From Prevotellaceae bacterium (lineage in GTDB: Bacteria > Bacteroidota > Bacteroidia > Bacteroidales > UBA932), in contig JAISRS010000288.1 of assembly GCA_031273485.1 (NCBI GenBank), forward strand, positions 1 to 34,070: DNA of 34,070 bases, written 5' to 3'. Below are positions 26,516 through 34,070 of the stretch, piece after piece. The notes under the pieces are model-generated. The model did no database searches. It saw nothing but the letters and a program-made list of their open reading frames with translations, and was not told the origin of the DNA. Within the stretch, counting starts at the first letter, position 1; each line of letters starts with the position of its first letter. A program made the translations under genes and the position numbers.

Positions 26516-28279
26516 TTGAAAACATTTGAAGAATTAGGCATTGCCGCACCTTTGTTGCAGGCAATCCGCGAAATGGGTTACGAAGTCCCCATGCCGGTAC
26601 AGGAGGAAGTGATTCCGCTGCTGCTCGGAAACGACAACGACGTGATCGCCCTCGCGCAAACAGGAACCGGAAAAACGGCCGCCTACGGTCTGCCGGTTTT
26701 GCAAAACATCAATCAGCAGCAACAACAGCCTCAGGCATTGATACTTTGCCCCACACGCGAACTTTGCCTCCAAATCGCCGGAGACCTGAACGATTACTCC
26801 AAATACATGGACGGGCTGAAAATCCTCCCCGTATATGGCGGGTCGAGCATCGACAGCCAGATCAAGACGCTGAAAAAAGGCGTGCATGTTGTCGTCGCTA
26901 CGCCCGGAAGGCTGATCGACCTGATGGAACGCAAGACCGTGAATTTGAACGACATTAAAAACGTCATTCTCGACGAAGCCGACGAAATGCTCAATATGGG
27001 CTTTACGGACAGCATCAACGCAATCCTGGCTCAGGTGCCGCCTGCGCGAAACATGCTCCTCTTCTCGGCCACCATGCCCCAGGAAATCGCCCGAATTACG
27101 AAAAAATACATGCGCGAACCGCGCGAAATCGTCATTGGACGGAAAAACGAAGGCAACGAAAATATCCGCCACATTTATTATATGGTACACGCCAAGGACA
27201 AGTACCTCGCTCTCAAACGAATCGTGGATTTCTATCCCAACGTATACGGAATCATCTTCTGCCGCACCCGCAAGGAAACGCAGGAAATTGCAGACAAGCT
27301 GATTCAGGACGGATACAATGCCGATTCGCTGCATGGCGAACTCAGTCAGATGCAGCGCGACTACGTGATGCAGAAATTCCGCCTCCGTAACCTCCAGCTC
27401 TTAGTCGCCACCGATGTGGCAGCGCGGGGACTGGATGTGGACGACCTGACTCACGTCATCCACTACGGCTTGCCCGACGAAACCGAGTCGTATACCCACC
27501 GGAGCGGACGTACCGGACGGGCCGGCAAAACAGGCATCTCCATCGCGATCTGCCATATCCGGGAAAAAGGAAAAATCAGGGAAATCGGAAAAATCATCAG
27601 CAAAACTTTTGAAAAGGGTACGCTTCCCACCGGAAAAGCCATCTGCGAAAAACAACTCTTCAATCTGGTCGACCAGATTGAAAAAGTAAAGGTGAACGAA
27701 GCCGAAATCGCATCACTGATGCCCTCCGTCCTCCGCAAGCTGGAATGGCTGGAAAAGGAAGACATCATCAAGCGCCTGATCTCGCTCGAGTTTAACCGGA
27801 TGCTTGATTACTATCGCGATGCGGACGAAATCGCCATCGTCGACGAGTCTTCCCGGCAGGAAGACCGCAAGGAACGCGGCAATCATCGGTCATTTAAAGC
27901 CGAGGACGGCTACAAGCGATTTTTTATTAACTTCGGGAAAAACGACGGCATGTTTCCCAATCAACTGATCGAACTGATTAACCGTTGCGTCCCCGGCAAG
28001 GTGCAAATCGGAAAGATTGACCTGCGGGAAAGCTTCTCTTTCTTCGAGGTGGACAAAAAAGAAGCGCAACGCGTGATGGAGCGGATGAACAGCTACGAAG
28101 TGGACGGACGGGTGATTTCCGTGGAACCGGCGCAGGATAAAAACGGCGAAAAAAGCGGCGAAAAAAACAGATTCAACGGTGGCGGCACCTGGAAAAAACG
28201 CGATTCCGAACGCGGCAGCAACAGACGCAGCGGCGGGAAAAACGACAAGCCCTGGCGGAAACGAATGGAGCGCAGATAA
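26516..28279 (+). CDS. DEAD-box ATP-dependent RNA helicase with DbpA-type C-terminal RNA-binding domain and a basic tail (DeaD/CsdA-like); TTG start
   Basis: KTFEELG...PMPVQ (Q motif), AQTGTGKT, PTRELC, DEAD (LDEADEML), SAT, ARGLDV and HRSGRTGRAG; the C-terminus reads RFFINFGKNDG...GKIDL. A TAA at 26510-26512 closes the frame upstream, so TTG at 26516 is the only start that keeps the Q-motif aromatic residue. Confidence 0.93.
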   Translation: MKTFEELGIAAPLLQAIREMGYEVPMPVQEEVIPLLLGNDNDVIALAQTGTGKTAAYGLPVLQNINQQQQQPQALILCPTRELCLQIAGDLNDYSKYMDGLKILPVYGGSSIDSQIKTLKKGVHVVVATPGRLIDLMERKTVNLNDIKNVILDEADEMLNMGFTDSINAILAQVPPARNMLLFSATMPQEIARITKKYMREPREIVIGRKNEGNENIRHIYYMVHAKDKYLALKRIVDFYPNVYGIIFCRTRKETQEIADKLIQDGYNADSLHGELSQMQRDYVMQKFRLRNLQLLVATDVAARGLDVDDLTHVIHYGLPDETESYTHRSGRTGRAGKTGISIAICHIREKGKIREIGKIISKTFEKGTLPTGKAICEKQLFNLVDQIEKVKVNEAEIASLMPSVLRKLEWLEKEDIIKRLISLEFNRMLDYYRDADEIAIVDESSRQEDRKERGNHRSFKAEDGYKRFFINFGKNDGMFPNQLIELINRCVPGKVQIGKIDLRESFSFFEVDKKEAQRVMERMNSYEVDGRVISVEPAQDKNGEKSGEKNRFNGGGTWKKRDSERGSNRRSGGKNDKPWRKRMERR

Positions 28280-28351
28280 ATACAGGGTGTGATGGAAATC
28301 GGGAGACTCAAGGGCATCGGGAAATAAAGAGACGCCGGATTTATTGAGGTT

Positions 28352-28386
28352 AAACGCGGAGACGGTGTCTTCCGCGTTTTTTTATT
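28352..28386 (+). terminator. Rho-independent terminator downstream of the helicase gene
   Basis: AACGCGGA-GACGGTGTCT-TCCGCGTT followed by TTTTTTT. Confidence 0.7.
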
Positions 28387-28705
28387 CCTTTCATTCATGA
28401 TTGTGCTTCGCGCGGCTGGATTTCGCGGATTCAAAAATCCAACGATTCGATTATTCAACAAGTCAACTGTCCGATTTTCCACCTTTTAAATCATGGAACC
28501 GTTGAATCGGGGAGTGATTCCACGCACATAATTAAACGGAGCGGAGCATGTTTTCATTCTTCTCATTTTCCTCGTTTCCTTTTCTTTCTTTTTCATATTT
28601 ATCCACTGGAAAAACATTTGGCAGAACGCAGATGTTACTTTGAAGTAAGCGTTCCTTGTATGGAAGGCGGAGTATAATTATAAACTAAATTTATTTTGTG
28701 AATGT

Positions 28706-31700
28706 ATGAAAAAACATATTACGAACAGATTGCATAGTCTTATTTCGTTACGAAAGAGACTGAAAAGGGTTGCGGGAATGTATATGTTCCTGCTTATGAT
28801 GTCTACGTTTTCACTTGTGGCGTCCGGTTTATCTCCGCAAATGACGGCGAGCGGGCAGGAGAGGGTGGTCACGGGAACGGTGACTGATGTGAACGGCGAA
28901 CCGGTTATCGGGGCGAATGTGATTGTGGTGGGAACGACTGTCGGCAATATTACCGATGTAGACGGGAAGTATACGCTGAATGTGCCGGAGGGCGCTGTGC
29001 TTCAGTTTTCATTTATCGGCTATGTTACACAGGAAATACCGGTGGAAAACCGAACGGTCATCAATGTGCAGTTGCTGGAAGACAGACAGATGCTGGAGGA
29101 AGTGGTAGTTGTCGGGTACGGGATGCAGAAGAAGGCGACCCTGTCCGGTTCCATCAGTACGGTGAAGGGTGACGACATCGTGAAAGTCCCGGCTACAAAT
29201 GCCAGCCAGCTGTTGACGGGGCTTATGCCCGGATTGACGACGATCCAGCGCAGTGGCGAGCCGGGTAATGATGATGCCACGATCCGCATACGCGGTTCCA
29301 ACACGCTGGGAAACAATGATCCGCTGATTGTAGTCGATGGTGTGCCCGGGCGCTCCCTTTCGCGGATTGATCAGCACTCAATCGAGAGTATTACAATCCT
29401 TAAGGACGCTTCGGCGGCCATTTACGGCTCAGAGGCGGCCAATGGTGTGATTCTGATTACCACGAAGCGGGGAAAAGAAGGCAAACCGGTGATTACCGTC
29501 AACCTGAACCAGGGATTCAGCCAGCCTACGCGCATTCCAAGGATGAGTAACGGCTCGGAGTACGCCACATTGCTGAATGAAATCGACCAGTACGAAGGGC
29601 GGACACCTCGTTATACGGACGATGAAATTAAGCGTTTTACGTCGGGAACCGATCCGTGGCGATATCCGAACACCGACTGGTTTGATGCGGTACTGAAGCC
29701 CTGGTCCGGCCAGAACAATCTGAATGCCCAACTCACCGGCGGGCGCGAGGAAATCAAGTATCACTTCTCCGTCGGGTCGAAGTTTCAGGATGCGTTTTAT
29801 CGCAACAGTGTAAGCAATTATCACCAGTACGATATCCGGAGCAATATGGATATTAAACTCTCGGATTACATTAAATTCGGCGTCGATTTATATGGCCGGA
29901 CGGAGAATATCAATTCCCCGACCAGAGGCTACAATGCCATATTCCGGTCTACCACGATGGGCAATCCAAACGTGCATGCCGTATGGCCGGACGGCACGCC
30001 CGGACCCGATATTCTGGAAGGCAACAATCCGGTTACCATTGCCACGAACGCAGCCGGCTATGACCGGAACCGAGTTTACACGGTCAACAGCACGGCGCGG
30101 CTAACCCTCACCGTTCCCTGGATTAAGGGACTGTCTTTCAACGGCAGTGCGAGCTATGACAAGTCACTCCAAAACCGTACTCTCTGGGAAACACCCTGGG
30201 AGGTGAATACCTGGGACGGTAAAACGATCAAGGAGGACGGTTCCGGCACGCCCGTACTTCATTCGGCGATGGTGCCATTCCCGGATCCGCGGCTAACGCG
30301 CTTTATGTACGACAAGCAAACCGTTCTTCTCAACGGCATACTGAGTTACGAGCGGAAATTCGGCCTTCACGCCATGAACGTAATGGCCGGTATGGAGACC
30401 ATCGAAGGACGCGGGAACGATTTCAACGCTTTCCGGCGCCATTACGTTTCAACGGCCATTCCCGAACTCTTTGCCGGAGGCGGGCAGGACAAGGACAACA
30501 CCGGCACATCGTATGAAAACGCCCGGCTAAACTATTTCGGGCGTGTCAATTACAATTACCGGGAGGCGCTACTCTTTGAATTTGTCTGGCGCTACGATGG
30601 TTCGTATATTTTCCCCCGTCGCAGCCGTTTCGGCTTCTTTCCCGGCGCTTCCGTCGGCTGGCGGATTTCACAGGAAGACTTTTGGCGGGAGCATATTCCC
30701 TTTATCGAGGAGCTAAAACTGCGTCTTTCGTATGGCCAAACCGGTAACGACCGGATTGACGAGTGGCAGTACCTCTCTTCATACGGATATAACACGAGCG
30801 GATATGTATATAACTTCGGCGTGTCCGAAGCCAGCAAGCTGCTGTATGAAGCGCGGATTCCGAACCGAAACATTACGTGGGAGAAAGCCGATCAGTTCAA
30901 TGTCGGATTTGAATCTTACATCCTCAACAGCAAGCTGTTCTTTGAAGTAGACTACTTCGACTACCGCCGCTCCAATATCCTGTGGATGCGGAACGCCTCC
31001 GTGCCTTCCTCCACCGGACTTACGCTTCCGCGCGAGAACATCGGGAAGGTTTTAAACCAGGGCGTTGACTTCCTGATTCGTTATCGGGAGAAGATACGCG
31101 ATTTCGAGTTTCAGGTATCGCTTAACGGCGGATATGCACGAAATAAAATCACGTTCTGGGACGAAGCCCCCGGCCGTATGCCCTGGCAGACGTCAACCGG
31201 AAAGCCTATTCCCTCGGATCCGGAGAATCCCGACACCGAAATGTATTATGACGCCATCGGGATATTCAGAGACCAGGCGGCCATAGACGCATATCCGCAC
31301 TGGGAAAACGCACGTCCGGGTGATATTATCTTTCGCGACATAAACGGCGACGGAAAAATCGACGGTTTAGACCGTTTGCGGATTAACAAAAACAATGTTC
31401 CCCGCTTTACAGGCGGTTTAAATATCGGCATGTCCTTTCGCGGGTTCGATTTCACCGCTCTTTTCCAGGGCGCTGCCGGCGCCGTGCGGTATATCTCCAC
31501 GGAAAGCGGATATATCGGGAATTTCACGAAAGATTTCTACGATAACCGCTGGACGATAAATAATCCGGACGCTACCGGCCCGCGAGCTTTCAACCGCGAC
31601 GCCGAATACTGGCGAAATAACCGGAATACGTACTTCCTGAAAAAGTCAGACTACATACGTGTCAAGACTTTGGAGGCGGGATACACCGTGCCGGCCGCTT

Positions 31701-31879
31701 TTGCGCACAAACTTGGCCTGCAAAACCTGCGAATTTACGTCAGCGGGTATAATCTTTTCACGTTTAGCCCCGATATGAAGGACTTCGATCCCGAATCGAA
31801 TCACAGCGACATCGGAGGCGAGACGCAGCCATATCCTGCCCAGCGGGTAATTAACGGAGGAATCAGTCTTACATTATAA
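28706..31879 (+). CDS. SusC/RagA family TonB-linked outer membrane protein
   Basis: N-terminal carboxypeptidase-regulatory-like domain (VTGTVTDVNGEPVIGANVIVVGTTVGNITDVDGKYTL), plug (ITILKDASAAIYGSEAANGVILITTKRG), and a long barrel ending in GGISLTL; 1057 aa. There is no STN domain. The real start may be the internal Met at 28778 (MYMFLLMMS...). Confidence 0.93.
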   Translation: MKKHITNRLHSLISLRKRLKRVAGMYMFLLMMSTFSLVASGLSPQMTASGQERVVTGTVTDVNGEPVIGANVIVVGTTVGNITDVDGKYTLNVPEGAVLQFSFIGYVTQEIPVENRTVINVQLLEDRQMLEEVVVVGYGMQKKATLSGSISTVKGDDIVKVPATNASQLLTGLMPGLTTIQRSGEPGNDDATIRIRGSNTLGNNDPLIVVDGVPGRSLSRIDQHSIESITILKDASAAIYGSEAANGVILITTKRGKEGKPVITVNLNQGFSQPTRIPRMSNGSEYATLLNEIDQYEGRTPRYTDDEIKRFTSGTDPWRYPNTDWFDAVLKPWSGQNNLNAQLTGGREEIKYHFSVGSKFQDAFYRNSVSNYHQYDIRSNMDIKLSDYIKFGVDLYGRTENINSPTRGYNAIFRSTTMGNPNVHAVWPDGTPGPDILEGNNPVTIATNAAGYDRNRVYTVNSTARLTLTVPWIKGLSFNGSASYDKSLQNRTLWETPWEVNTWDGKTIKEDGSGTPVLHSAMVPFPDPRLTRFMYDKQTVLLNGILSYERKFGLHAMNVMAGMETIEGRGNDFNAFRRHYVSTAIPELFAGGGQDKDNTGTSYENARLNYFGRVNYNYREALLFEFVWRYDGSYIFPRRSRFGFFPGASVGWRISQEDFWREHIPFIEELKLRLSYGQTGNDRIDEWQYLSSYGYNTSGYVYNFGVSEASKLLYEARIPNRNITWEKADQFNVGFESYILNSKLFFEVDYFDYRRSNILWMRNASVPSSTGLTLPRENIGKVLNQGVDFLIRYREKIRDFEFQVSLNGGYARNKITFWDEAPGRMPWQTSTGKPIPSDPENPDTEMYYDAIGIFRDQAAIDAYPHWENARPGDIIFRDINGDGKIDGLDRLRINKNNVPRFTGGLNIGMSFRGFDFTALFQGAAGAVRYISTESGYIGNFTKDFYDNRWTINNPDATGPRAFNRDAEYWRNNRNTYFLKKSDYIRVKTLEAGYTVPAAFAHKLGLQNLRIYVSGYNLFTFSPDMKDFDPESNHSDIGGETQPYPAQRVINGGISLTL

Positions 31880-31891
31880 TATAAGTAACTT

Positions 31892-33682
31892 ATGAAAACT
31901 TTTAGCAACAGTATACAGCAATTCAAATATGGCGTGCTCAGTCTGGCACTAACCGTGCAGCTTAGCGCCTGCAGCGGATTCCTCGACAGAGAGCCGCTTG
32001 ATCAGTACGGAGAGGACGCGGTCTGGAGCGACCTGGCCATGATCGAACATTTCGTGAATAACATCTATTGGAACATTGGCCACAGCTTTGACCGGCCGAT
32101 GATCGGCGTGTTTACGGACGAATCCATGTTTGATCCCGGTTCCGACCAGGGACACGGCAATGTGGTGAAGAGTCTGATCACGCCCAGCGACTATGGTCTC
32201 TTTGATACATGGGGACGCGCGCAGAAAATGCGCTGGGAGCACCATTATAAATGTGTACGCGCGTGTAACGTGTTCTTTGAACAGATCGGGAAGCACACCT
32301 ACAAGGATGAGGCGTTTAAACAGCGCCTGATCGGTGAAGTTTATTTCCTGCGCGCATATCACTATCACAACTTGGTGTTCCTGTACGGCGGTATCCCGAT
32401 CATTACAAAGGCCTATACGCTGGACGACGACTTCCAGACAAAGCGCAACAGCTTTGAGGAATGCATTAATTTCCTGGTCGACGACTGCAACCGGGCGGCC
32501 GAAATGCTTCCGCGCGAACAGACAGGCAGCAACTACGGGCGTGCAACCCAGGGCGCGGCACTGGCGCTGAAAGCGCGCATCCTGCTCTATGCCGCCAGCG
32601 AGCTTTACAACTCGAATGCCTCATGGACAAACGGATACGCGCACCCGGAACTTGTCGGCTACGTCGGCGGCGACCGGAACCAGCGCTGGAAAGCCGCAAA
32701 GGATGCGGCCAAAGCCGTTGTGGACATGGGCATCTACCGTCTCCACAGGGAAATCCCCGCACCGGGCGATTCCGTTGCCCGCAACTATGACGAAGTGTTT
32801 ACGCGCAAGCAGACCAGCGAAGGTATTTTTGTCCGCAACTTCACTTCCGCCAATCAAATATGGACAATGCACATTGCCCAGCAGAATCTTCCGGCCGGTT
32901 ACAAAGGATGGGCGAATGTTAGCCCCATCAACGCGATGGTCGACGATTTTGAAATGGCTGACGGAACAAAATTCGACTGGAACAATCCGGAACACCGACT
33001 GCATCCCTACGCCAACCGGGAGCCGCGGTTTTATACGGTCATATTTTTCGACGGAGCCAAGTGGCGCCAGCGCCCGCCCGACGTGATTGCATCCGATCCG
33101 CACGGTATCATACAGACAGGCAACTACGAGCAGCCCAATGGTTCGTGGCTCGGCGGACTGGATGCACTGAACAATCCCGTTACGACGTGGAACGGTACGT
33201 TTACTTCCTACTATCTGCGTAAGTTCCAGGATATTTCAGTCAACAGCCCGCAGGAGCGAACCACGACTCCCTGGCAGTTCATCCGATATGCGGAAGTCCT
33301 GCTCGGCTATGCCGAGGCCTGCATCGAGTTGGGCGAATACGGCGAAGCGCGCCAGTATATTAACATCATTCGCCGGCGTGCCGGTCTTCCGGACGTAACG
33401 GGCAGCGACGCCGAATTGCGAGAAAAACTTCGACACGAACGGAAAATCGAGCTTTGTTTTGAAGATCAGCGCTTTTTCGACATCCGCCGGTGGATGATTG
33501 CGCCGCAAGTGATCGTTAATGCACACGGGCTGGACATTCGCTACTATCACGGACAGGAGAATCCGACATATAAAATCATTCCCGTACAGGAAAGAGACTG
33601 GAAAAATCGCTTTTACTTCTTCCCTATCAAGCTGGACGAGATGAATCGCAATCAGTTGCTGATTCAAAATCCGCTGTACTAA
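31892..33682 (+). CDS. SusD/RagB family nutrient-binding outer membrane lipoprotein
   Basis: Lipoprotein signal with Cys (LTVQLSACSGFLDREP), FLRAYHYHNLVFLYGGIPI, the YAEVLLGYAEACIELG...A..YIN.IR.RAG TPR-like core, and a C-terminal FPIKLDEMNRNQLLIQNPLY; sits 12 nt after susC. Confidence 0.93.
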   Translation: MKTFSNSIQQFKYGVLSLALTVQLSACSGFLDREPLDQYGEDAVWSDLAMIEHFVNNIYWNIGHSFDRPMIGVFTDESMFDPGSDQGHGNVVKSLITPSDYGLFDTWGRAQKMRWEHHYKCVRACNVFFEQIGKHTYKDEAFKQRLIGEVYFLRAYHYHNLVFLYGGIPIITKAYTLDDDFQTKRNSFEECINFLVDDCNRAAEMLPREQTGSNYGRATQGAALALKARILLYAASELYNSNASWTNGYAHPELVGYVGGDRNQRWKAAKDAAKAVVDMGIYRLHREIPAPGDSVARNYDEVFTRKQTSEGIFVRNFTSANQIWTMHIAQQNLPAGYKGWANVSPINAMVDDFEMADGTKFDWNNPEHRLHPYANREPRFYTVIFFDGAKWRQRPPDVIASDPHGIIQTGNYEQPNGSWLGGLDALNNPVTTWNGTFTSYYLRKFQDISVNSPQERTTTPWQFIRYAEVLLGYAEACIELGEYGEARQYINIIRRRAGLPDVTGSDAELREKLRHERKIELCFEDQRFFDIRRWMIAPQVIVNAHGLDIRYYHGQENPTYKIIPVQERDWKNRFYFFPIKLDEMNRNQLLIQNPLY

Positions 33683-33683
33683 A

Positions 33684-33767
33684 GTATGAAGTATGAGGTA
33701 TAAAGTATGAATAATAAACGTTGAACGATGAATTATGAACGATAAACGATGAATGATAAACATTAAA
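33684..33767 (+). repeat. Array of 12 tandem degenerate heptamers NNATRAA starting 2 nt after the SusD stop
   Basis: GTATGAA GTATGAG GTATAAA GTATGAA TAATAAA CGTTGAA CGATGAA TTATGAA CGATAAA CGATGAA TGATAAA CATTAAA, read directly in register. Confidence 0.85.
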
Positions 33768-33801
33768 ATGCGAACTTTGAGAAGTCGTTTATTTTTTCAG
33801 C

Positions 33802-33834
33802 AGCCCCGGCAGGATTTGAACCCCTGCCGGGGCT
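33802..33834. terminator. GC-rich 12-bp hairpin at the centre of the convergent intergenic region (probable bidirectional terminator)
   Basis: AGCCCCGGCAGG-ATTTGAACC-CCTGCCGGGGCT. A T-run (TTTATTTTTT) lies just 5' on the plus strand and AATTATTT lies 3'. The flanks are weaker than a textbook U-tract. Confidence 0.6.
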
Positions 33835-33850
33835 AATTATTTAAACCTCA

Positions 33851-33955
33851 TTTATTGTTCATCGTTCATCCTTCATACCTCATACATCATAATTCATCCA
33901 TCATACCTCATAATTTATCGTTTATTGTTCATCGTTCATCGTTTATAGTTCATCG
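33851..33955 (-). repeat. Array of 15 tandem degenerate heptamers (TTYATNN on plus strand = NNATRAA on minus strand), mirror image of the 33684-33767 array
   Basis: TTTATTG TTCATCG TTCATCC TTCATAC CTCATAC ATCATAA TTCATCC ATCATAC CTCATAA TTTATCG TTTATTG TTCATCG TTCATCG TTTATAG TTCATCG. The array ends 2 nt from the stop codon of the minus-strand ORF. Confidence 0.85.
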
Positions 33956-33957
33956 TT

Positions 33958-34070
33958 CTAACTTTTAAACGGTTGTCTGTCTTTTATTGAACGTCCTAAA
34001 GTAATTTCGTCGGTATATTCTATTTCATCGCCGAAACTTATTCCTCTGGCAATTATTGAAACCATGACAT
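33958..34070 (-). CDS. 3' end of an unidentified minus-strand ORF running off the window (or a 35-aa ORF from the ATG at 34065)
   Basis: Minus-strand frame reads [36 protein letters not shown]-stop (TAG, 33958-33960). No family recognised. It is called only because the frame is open to the window edge and the heptad/hairpin architecture mirrors the SusD side. Confidence 0.35.
   Translation of the reverse strand, partial: VMVSIIARGISFGDEIEYTDEITLGRSIKDRQPFKS

Noticed and set aside
26327-26541. Small ORFs on both strands (61 aa plus, 68 aa minus) in the tsaC/helicase intergenic region
   Set aside because: They have no recognisable motifs, the two overlap each other, and the minus one overlaps the helicase start. 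The region is more likely a promoter and 5' leader, though a small protein cannot be strictly excluded.
26534-27334. 266-aa minus-strand ORF, plus other minus-strand ORFs at 27401-27771
   Set aside because: They are antisense to the DEAD-box helicase, whose plus frame has all canonical motifs. Long antisense ORFs are expected in this GC-richer stretch.
28093-28482. 129-aa minus-strand ORF across the helicase 3' end and terminator
   Set aside because: It is antisense to the helicase basic tail and spans the terminator hairpin. Its composition (Pro/Ser/Arg-rich) is typical of an antisense reading of a Lys/Arg/Gly-rich tail.
33236-33763. 175-aa minus-strand ORF beginning MFIIHRLSFIIHRSTFIIHTLYLILHTL
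   Set aside because: Its N-terminus is simply a translation of the heptad repeat array. The rest is antisense to the well-supported SusD C-terminus.
33802-33834. tRNA-like GGATTTGAACC motif reminiscent of a T-arm
   Set aside because: It is only the loop and upper stem of a simple 12-bp hairpin. No acceptor, D or anticodon arms can be drawn around it. I saw no tRNA or rRNA genes in the non-coding stretches I inspected by eye (no tRNA scanner was run).

Overview
Bacteroidota (Bacteroidales-like) chromosomal window; SusC/SusD, a YfhO protein and TAnnTTTG-type promoter boxes support that assignment. Layout: (1) 1-14.2 kb is an AT-rich, all-plus-strand surface-glycan locus. It holds a NeuB/PseI-family synthase tail, an uncharacterised GT-B-like protein, and a CDP-hexose pathway (rfbF, rfbG, RmlC-like epimerase, two tandem C-methyltransferase paralogues, SDR reductase). 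It also holds GT2/GT-A/DUF5672-type transferases and FkbM and class I methyltransferases. Two decay scars interrupt it. One is a GC-rich island at about 8.86-10.16 kb with a degenerate, cas-less mini-CRISPR-like array and a gene carrying a frameshift and an in-frame stop. The other is a truncated IS3-family orfA fossil at 12.15-12.39 kb. (2) 14.4-19.2 kb is a GC-richer trio of FAD oxidoreductase, small GT2 and YfhO (GT-C) membrane protein. (3) 19.3-28.3 kb is housekeeping: perR-like Fur regulator with reverse rubrerythrin, trxA, dnaE, an OM beta-barrel protein, tsaC and a DEAD-box helicase with a TTG start. (4) 28.7-33.7 kb is a SusC/SusD pair. (5) 33.68-33.96 kb is a convergent intergenic region built of heptanucleotide arrays in mirror orientation around a GC hairpin. 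I see no complete, clearly novel multi-gene system such as a defence island. The most unusual items are the orphan CRISPR-like array, the mirrored heptad arrays, the double C-methyltransferase CDP-sugar pathway and the oxidoreductase-GT2-YfhO module. All functional calls come from motif recognition by eye, since no searches were possible.
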